Source: an uncultured Gammaproteobacteria bacterium
GTDB taxonomy: Bacteria; Pseudomonadota; Gammaproteobacteria; Eutrophobiales; Eutrophobiaceae
DNA: 64,000 bases
NCBI GenBank assembly: GCA_958295485.1
Contig: OY282354.1
Coordinates: 2,083,417 to 2,147,416 of the forward strand
Direction: 5' to 3'
Shown: in pieces, positions 57,948 to 64,000 of the stretch
Layout: each line of letters opens with the position of its first letter
Position numbering within the stretch: the first letter of the stretch is position 1
Notes under the pieces: generated by a model
What the model saw: the letters and a program-made list of their open reading frames with translations, nothing else
Told to the model about the DNA's origin: nothing
The model's database searches: none
Made by a program: the position numbers and the translations under genes

Positions 57948-60230
57948 TTAAAATTTAAAAGACACGTCTAAGCCAAACGTTTGCGGATAGCCAGGCGTTC
58001 TGATAATTGAACCTAATCCCTGGAGATCGTTAACGTACTGAAAATACTCTTTATCAGATAAGTTTTTAATCCACAGAGCAGCTGACCAATTTCCTTCTAG
58101 TGGCTCCAAGCCAACCCTGGCATTGAATAATGTGTACCCGCTTAGTCTAGAGACATCAGTATTTTGAGCTTCGCCAAAATGGTGGGACCGAGTTGTGAAG
58201 TCAAATTGAATTGATCCTGTGAATTGTTCAAAGATGCTGGATTCATATCGCATTAATCCATTTGCACTAAATTCAGGAGCATAAGGCAACTCACTACCAT
58301 CCAGGTCTTCTGATACTTGGAATGGAGAGGTATCGAGAGCGTCCTGTTCGGTATCAAGATAAGTGAATCCAAATTTAATATTAAGGTTGTCTGTTGGCAC
58401 CCACCACATTTCAGACTCAAATCCAAAGATATCTGCGTCAGCGCCATTTTCATTTGTAAGCAATAAATCGAGCGCTGGGTTTCCAGTAATGGTTAATGCC
58501 AAAATAATATCTTTGTAGTCATAGTAGAACAGCGATGAGTTCCACCGGACAGAACCCCCAAAAAGGTCGGTTTTTAAACCTATCTCATAAGCAGTCAGGG
58601 TCTCCTCATCATAAGGTTCTACTAAAATATCAGTAACAGTAATATCTCCAACAAACCCGCCGCTCTTGAATCCATTTGATACACTTGCATAAAGTAAAGT
58701 TGATTCATTGAGATCAAAATTTGCACCGAAGCGCCATGAGAACTCTTGAAAATCAACAGTATTATCCAAGAAGGCTGAATCAAAAATCGCAGGATCTGAC
58801 AAATTTACTGGAAGGGGCCCTGGAGATGGTATGAAATCTCCATTTGCAGTTGGTGCAGAACCTGGATCGACTGTAATTGTGCCACCTCTAAAGGAGCGTT
58901 CTTCATCTGTATATCGGATTCCCGCGATAATAGAGACGGTATCATTTATACGGAAATCGTTATGCCAGAATATTGCAAAGGAATCAGTTTCTAACTCGTA
59001 AGCATGGTTTTGCCTGAAGCCACCAAACAAATCTCCCAAGTCTGTTTCGGTACGTGGCGTTTCTAGCTCATCTGTTGAATAAAACAAACCAACAGTCCAG
59101 TTCCACGCACCTTCGCCACTGTTTGCAAAGCGCAATTCTTCTGTAACTTGTGTAAATTCGGTTTCATATCCAACATCAATATTCCTCTCAAATGAACCAT
59201 CGGCATCTTCCTGAGATAGCCGGTCGACAGTATTATAACCAGTGATTGATGTTATGGTGATCGATCCCAAATCCCAACTTAGAGCGAGAGAGCCGCCATA
59301 AGCCTCAATCTCATCTCTATTTATGACCCCGTTTTGTAAACTAAACGGCTCGTCATCATCTATCAGAGATTGGCCAAATCCATCGAATGAACAATTGGGA
59401 GATGGGCTTAGATTACCTGCTGCTATAGAAGGGCAAATTGAAAGTGTTCCATCATTGGTAAAGGTTGGAAAGCCTTGGTATTGATTACCGTCGGAATCGT
59501 CCTCACCACCAAAAATAGACAGATGAGCTGAAAAATCATCAGTGGGGGACCAGAGTAATTGGCCACGAAGTGCGAAACTATCTTTTTCTCCTATTTCTCC
59601 AATAGTTGGATGGTCATAAGGCCCGCCATCCTGCCTTGTGATTTTTCCTGAAAGACGACCTAAGAGATTATCGCTTATCGGACCGCTTATAAATGCGTCC
59701 GCGGAATATGATTCATAATTGGCCAGTCCAAAATCAATGCCCGCTTCAAACTCATCGGTTGGTTTGTTTGAAAAGAAATTGACTGCGCCTCCGGTAGAGT
59801 TACGACCATATAATGTCCCCTGTGGGCCTTTCAAAACCTCTACGCGATTAATATCAAAAAGAGCAAAGTTCAGTAGCGTTGAGTTGCCGTAATAAACGTC
59901 ATCCACGTGAATTGCAACAGGAGAGCTTTGAATCGCGGTAAAGTCATTCAAGCCAACCCCGCGTAAGGAAAAGTTTGGAATTGCATTCGTGGATGAATAA
60001 GAAACTACTAACCCTGGTGTTTGAAATTGCACATCAGCTGCAGTTTCAAAACCGAATGATTTTATTTCTTCGCTGCTGAGCGAGGTCACTGCGATTGGCA
60101 CCTCTTGTACACTTTGTGTGCGCTTTTGGGCTGAAACAACTATTTCTTCCAGAACTGCAGACTGTGAATTTGTGCTACATAAAATAGCTGCTGTAGCAAT
60201 AGATAGTGAGAGTTTGTTTTTAGTGAACAT
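57948..60230 (-). CDS. TonB-dependent receptor
   Basis: LEEIVVSAQKR, RVEVLKGPQGTLYGRNSTGG, C-terminal VSFKF. Confidence 0.95.
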   Translation of the reverse strand: MFTKNKLSLSIATAAILCSTNSQSAVLEEIVVSAQKRTQSVQEVPIAVTSLSSEEIKSFGFETAADVQFQTPGLVVSYSSTNAIPNFSLRGVGLNDFTAIQSSPVAIHVDDVYYGNSTLLNFALFDINRVEVLKGPQGTLYGRNSTGGAVNFFSNKPTDEFEAGIDFGLANYESYSADAFISGPISDNLLGRLSGKITRQDGGPYDHPTIGEIGEKDSFALRGQLLWSPTDDFSAHLSIFGGEDDSDGNQYQGFPTFTNDGTLSICPSIAAGNLSPSPNCSFDGFGQSLIDDDEPFSLQNGVINRDEIEAYGGSLALSWDLGSITITSITGYNTVDRLSQEDADGSFERNIDVGYETEFTQVTEELRFANSGEGAWNWTVGLFYSTDELETPRTETDLGDLFGGFRQNHAYELETDSFAIFWHNDFRINDTVSIIAGIRYTDEERSFRGGTITVDPGSAPTANGDFIPSPGPLPVNLSDPAIFDSAFLDNTVDFQEFSWRFGANFDLNESTLLYASVSNGFKSGGFVGDITVTDILVEPYDEETLTAYEIGLKTDLFGGSVRWNSSLFYYDYKDIILALTITGNPALDLLLTNENGADADIFGFESEMWWVPTDNLNIKFGFTYLDTEQDALDTSPFQVSEDLDGSELPYAPEFSANGLMRYESSIFEQFTGSIQFDFTTRSHHFGEAQNTDVSRLSGYTLFNARVGLEPLEGNWSAALWIKNLSDKEYFQYVNDLQGLGSIIRTPGYPQTFGLDVSFKF

Positions 60231-60283
60231 AATTTCCCTCCGGTTTAAGTATTATTTTGGCTAAAAATCAAGTGATAAAAGAC

Positions 60284-61669
60284 CTACATAAGCATCGGGG
60301 CGGCTTCATTAATGCTCTGCTTGATTGCATCCAACAATCTGTCTATTTCGTTCTTTTGAAGTGTTAAAGGGGGAGAAATAATGATGGTATTGCCCACAGG
60401 GCGTATCACTACTCCTTTCTTCAAACAGCGGGTAAATACTTGGTGTGCCGCGTTTTTATCTATAGAAAATGGTTCTTTGCCAGCCTTATCCTTGACCAAC
60501 TCGATTCCCAGCATGAACCCAAGACCTCGAACATCACCTACTATGTCGATTGCGAGTAATTTCTTAGCTTGTTCTTGTAAATAAGGTCCCAGCTTTTGGA
60601 CATTCCCAAAAATGTTTTCTCGTTCCAATATCTCGAAGTTCTTAAGGGCTGCTGCGCAGGCCACTGCATGCCCGCTATATGTAAATCCCATTGAAAAAAC
60701 TCCGCCTTCACATTGCGGTTGGCTTATCACGTCATAAATTTCCTTGGAAAAAATCGCAGCTCCTAAAGGGACATACCCGGAATTTATTCCTTTAGCGACA
60801 ATCAACACATCGGGGGTGTAGTCAAATAGTGTCTCTGATGCAACCCATTCACCAAGGCGACCAAAAGCGGTTACAACTTCATCGGCAACATATAGAACGT
60901 CGTATTTCTTACAGATTTCCCATGCCATGCGGTGGTAGCCTTCCGGAGCAACCAGTACACCTCCAGCGCCCATAATTGGTTCAGCAATAAAGGCTGCAAC
61001 ATTGTCAGGACCTGATTGTAAAATGTGGTTCTCTAATTCATTAACCAGGAATTGAGAATAATCAGCTTCAGAAAGATTTTCCGAGCCTGATGGACGACGA
61101 TAAAGATTTGCTGCGGAGACATGGCTAATCCAATCGTCACAAACCCGGTCCAAGCTGTTTTTTGTAGCATGAATGCCTGTTAAATTGGCCGTGATATAAG
61201 TGCTGCCGTGATACCCGTCGTTACGAGAAATTACCTTTTTCTTGGTCGGCTTTCCGCGCAAGTTGTAGTAGTAGTGAATAATTCTCATTGCTGAATCATT
61301 CGCTGTAGATCCTCCGCAAGTGAAATACACATGATTTAAAGAGGATGGGCTAAGCTGCGCTAGTTTTTCAGCCAGGAGTGCGGCCGGTTCATTCGTGGTA
61401 TGACCAAATGGGTTGTAATACTGCATCTTCAAAACTTGTTGGCTAATAGCTTCAGCCATTTCATGCCGTCCGTGGCCGATATTGACGCACCAAAGCCCGG
61501 CTATACCATCCAGGTATTTGTTACCTTCGATATCGTATATATAATTACCTTCTGCTCTACTTACTACCTGGCTCCCCTCTTCCTTGAAAGAAGAGAAATC
61601 GGTATAGGGATGGATAAGATGATCCTTATCTTTTTGCCAATATGGACTCTGGTTGTTTTCGATGGCCAT
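60284..61669 (-). CDS. Class III PLP aminotransferase
   Basis: AGLWCVNIGHG, FIAEPIMGAGG, ADEVVTAFGR, VAKG, GFTYSGH. Confidence 0.9.
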   Translation of the reverse strand: MAIENNQSPYWQKDKDHLIHPYTDFSSFKEEGSQVVSRAEGNYIYDIEGNKYLDGIAGLWCVNIGHGRHEMAEAISQQVLKMQYYNPFGHTTNEPAALLAEKLAQLSPSSLNHVYFTCGGSTANDSAMRIIHYYYNLRGKPTKKKVISRNDGYHGSTYITANLTGIHATKNSLDRVCDDWISHVSAANLYRRPSGSENLSEADYSQFLVNELENHILQSGPDNVAAFIAEPIMGAGGVLVAPEGYHRMAWEICKKYDVLYVADEVVTAFGRLGEWVASETLFDYTPDVLIVAKGINSGYVPLGAAIFSKEIYDVISQPQCEGGVFSMGFTYSGHAVACAAALKNFEILERENIFGNVQKLGPYLQEQAKKLLAIDIVGDVRGLGFMLGIELVKDKAGKEPFSIDKNAAHQVFTRCLKKGVVIRPVGNTIIISPPLTLQKNEIDRLLDAIKQSINEAAPMLM

Positions 61670-61851
61670 TTGAGAACGGGGTTACTCTTGGAACATTAAT
61701 TGGTAATCATATTCATAAAACCATCATTCAAAATGCCCGGCAAGCCCCCAAAAGGGGTACGATTTGCCTCTTGATTTAGTTTTCTCAAGGAGCTTTAATG
61801 CTTTTCTGTTCTTTCGACTTGACCAGAACACTTCTACCAAAGCTTTAGCCT

Positions 61852-62703
61852 ATGAATCCATCGAATTGGTGTGACTTACTAAGCAGCCTGATAGCAGCTA
61901 TTGGTGAGAACTCATTTTACGAAAAAGTTGCAGATTGCGGGGAAGTGCTGACTGGATATGACAGCACGGTGGTCGTGGCCTTTTTTACGAAACAAAAGCC
62001 GGTTCTCTTGTACAGCAATTTATCTGAAATAGATGAGACGTCAACCCTCTCTCCTTATTTTGATGGAGCATATTTATTGGACCCTTTGTACGCGTGCTTT
62101 AAAGAAGAAGAACCAGACGGTGTTTTTGTAATAGAGGATATAGCGCCAGAAGACTTTTTTAAGACTGAGTATTTTCTGCGCTATTACCGTAAAACACGGA
62201 TAATTCATGAAATAGGGCTGTCCGTAAAAATCAACTCTGAAATAAGTGTATCAATATCTTATGGGTTGCGAGAGGATAGTAATCCAAAAGAAAATCATAT
62301 CGAGACACTAAAAGAGGTATACCCAATACTAGCTGCTGCCTGTAAGCAAAATTGGTCACGTGAAAACCAATTCGCACCACTACAAAAAAATATTATTGCA
62401 GGGGGGGAATTTGGGTCAACTTTGGATAATGCTTTTATCAATTTCGGGAAAAACTATCTGACTCCCAGAGAATGCGAAATTGTTTGTATGATTTTAAAAG
62501 GTTATTCAAGTAAATCTATATCAGAGTTATTCGATATAAGCCTGGAGACCGTTAAGGTTCATCGTAAACGTATTTATGCAAAATTAGACATAGCATCTCA
62601 AGCTGAGCTTTTTTCGCTGTTTTTAGAATCTATCTCTTTAGTGCCACCAATGGGTATCGGCGAAGAGGATCCACTTTCACTCTATTACCACACACAGTCA
62701 TAG
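61852..62703 (+). CDS. LuxR-family HTH regulator
   Basis: LTPRECEIV..ILKGYSSKSI....IS.ETVKVHRKRIYAKLDI.SQAELF; N-domain YLLDP.Y. Confidence 0.88.
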   Translation: MNPSNWCDLLSSLIAAIGENSFYEKVADCGEVLTGYDSTVVVAFFTKQKPVLLYSNLSEIDETSTLSPYFDGAYLLDPLYACFKEEEPDGVFVIEDIAPEDFFKTEYFLRYYRKTRIIHEIGLSVKINSEISVSISYGLREDSNPKENHIETLKEVYPILAAACKQNWSRENQFAPLQKNIIAGGEFGSTLDNAFINFGKNYLTPRECEIVCMILKGYSSKSISELFDISLETVKVHRKRIYAKLDIASQAELFSLFLESISLVPPMGIGEEDPLSLYYHTQS

Positions 62704-62959
62704 CTTTTAGCATTTCATTCTTCTTCTATATTAAAAAAATCATACTCAGCTTAAATCCAGCGACTGCAGAGCCTCACCTCCTCAATTACAAACCTTCTTT
62801 CCATGAGTAACACTTTATGGGGATTGTTGCTGATATCTGCGAGATATATATTGGCTGCAATCTTGGTAGCTGATCAAGTTAATAAAATTCCATCCTTATA
62901 AAACAAATTGATTAGGCTGCTTCCTTGCTAACAAGATTCTGCATAAAAGGTCCAGTGAA

Positions 62960-64000
62960 ATGAGAGAGTTGAGGATAAACGGAGATCGACTTTGGGCGTC
63001 AATAATGGAAATGGCCGAGATTGGAGGCACTAGTGATGGTGGCTGTAACCGTCAAGCGTTAACCGAACTCGATAAACAAGGACGGAATCTTTTTGTAACT
63101 TGGTGTAAAGATGCAGGCTGTACGGTCACCGTTGATGCAATGGGAAATATTTTTGCTCGCCGCCATGGGCCTGGTAAGAATACTAGCGCGGTTATAACGG
63201 GATCACATTTAGACACGCAGCCTACTGGTGGAAAATTTGATGGGGTTTATGGTGTTCTTGCTGGTTTGGAGGTTATCAGGACTTTAAATGATGCTAATGT
63301 CGAAACTACACACCCTATAGAAGTCGTTTGCTGGACGAATGAAGAAGGGGCCAGGTTTTCACCAGCATTGATAGGATCCGGTGTATGGAGTGGAGTATTT
63401 GAACTTGAATATGGCCATAGCCGATTAGACAAGCAAGGTATCTCAATAAAACAATCGCTCGAAGATATCGGATATCTTGGTGAAACTGCGGCGGCATCCA
63501 GCAAAAATATTAAAGCTGCATTTGAATTGCATATAGAACAGGGGCCAATACTGGAGGATAAGGGAAAGCAGATAGGTATTGTTTCTGGGGTCCAAGGGAT
63601 GAACTGGTATGACGTTACTCTCGTAGGCGTACCTTGTCATGCTGGCCCTAGTCCTATGGATGTCCGCGTAGACCCTGTGATGGGCGCTGCCAAGATCATA
63701 AACCGTCTCTATAAACTGGTGGACCAATATAAACCTTGGTCAAGAGTGACATTTGGAGATATTAAAGTTGAGCCAGGCGTTCGTAATACCGTGCCGAAGA
63801 AATTAATACTATCAGTGGATTTGAGACACCCTGATCAAAATACCTTAAACAGGATGGACTTGGATTTGCGTGCAATCGTAGAAGAAATTTGCACGCCGCT
63901 CATGATTGATTATCAAATTTTTGATGAATGGGCCTCTCAGGCTGTGTCATTTGCTGAGTCATGTATCAATGCAGTTCGGCAATCTGTATCAGAATTAGAT
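62960..64000 (+). CDS. M20 Zn-dependent N-carbamoyl-amino-acid/beta-ureidopropionase-type amidohydrolase (runs off right edge)
   Basis: Manual translation from ATG 62960: RINGDRLW...GGCNRQAL...GSHLDTQPTGGKFDGVYGVLAGLE...WTNEEGARF...FELHIEQGP. Confidence 0.9.
   Translation, partial: MRELRINGDRLWASIMEMAEIGGTSDGGCNRQALTELDKQGRNLFVTWCKDAGCTVTVDAMGNIFARRHGPGKNTSAVITGSHLDTQPTGGKFDGVYGVLAGLEVIRTLNDANVETTHPIEVVCWTNEEGARFSPALIGSGVWSGVFELEYGHSRLDKQGISIKQSLEDIGYLGETAAASSKNIKAAFELHIEQGPILEDKGKQIGIVSGVQGMNWYDVTLVGVPCHAGPSPMDVRVDPVMGAAKIINRLYKLVDQYKPWSRVTFGDIKVEPGVRNTVPKKLILSVDLRHPDQNTLNRMDLDLRAIVEEICTPLMIDYQIFDEWASQAVSFAESCINAVRQSVSELD

Noticed and set aside
62802..62900. Small hydrophobic ORF (MSNTLWGLLLISAR...) between luxR and the hydrolase
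   Set aside because: Too short, with no RBS or recognisable motif.

Overview
This is a 64-kb bacterial chromosomal segment, most likely gammaproteobacterial, and probably at the replication terminus: a near-canonical XerC/XerD dif site lies at 1510-1537. It is a patchwork of catabolic modules, several built around TonB-dependent receptors (TBDRs; five, one partial) next to exported hydrolases or oxidoreductases. Modules seen: a peptidase/amidohydrolase pair; a spermidine-dehydrogenase-like/acyl-CoA ligase/aminotransferase locus with an IclR regulator; a 13.4-kb TetR-linked unit; a CarAa/OxoO-like Rieske oxygenase; a sulfatase-symporter operon; icmF and glcDEF; and a lower-GC amine-uptake block at the right end. 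The 13.4-kb unit (15839-29243) is the best candidate for an undescribed system. It is bracketed by a 100-bp inverted duplication (82/100 identical), carries five copies of a 26-bp GGTAM-N16-KTACC operator, and encodes a split form-II CoxGSM/L molybdoenzyme, a PQQ/haem-c dehydrogenase, a TBDR, an acyl-CoA ligase and three Rid proteins that all lack the catalytic Arg, one of them with a signal peptide. Other highlights: a DeoD-like phosphorylase with a remodelled ribose pocket, one toxin-antitoxin module truncating another, many short gene remnants with no transposase in view, REP-like repeats including apparent in-frame insertions in glcE/glcF, and a 14-bp stem over a TBDR ribosome-binding site. 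All functional calls come from motif recognition by eye; no database searches were run.
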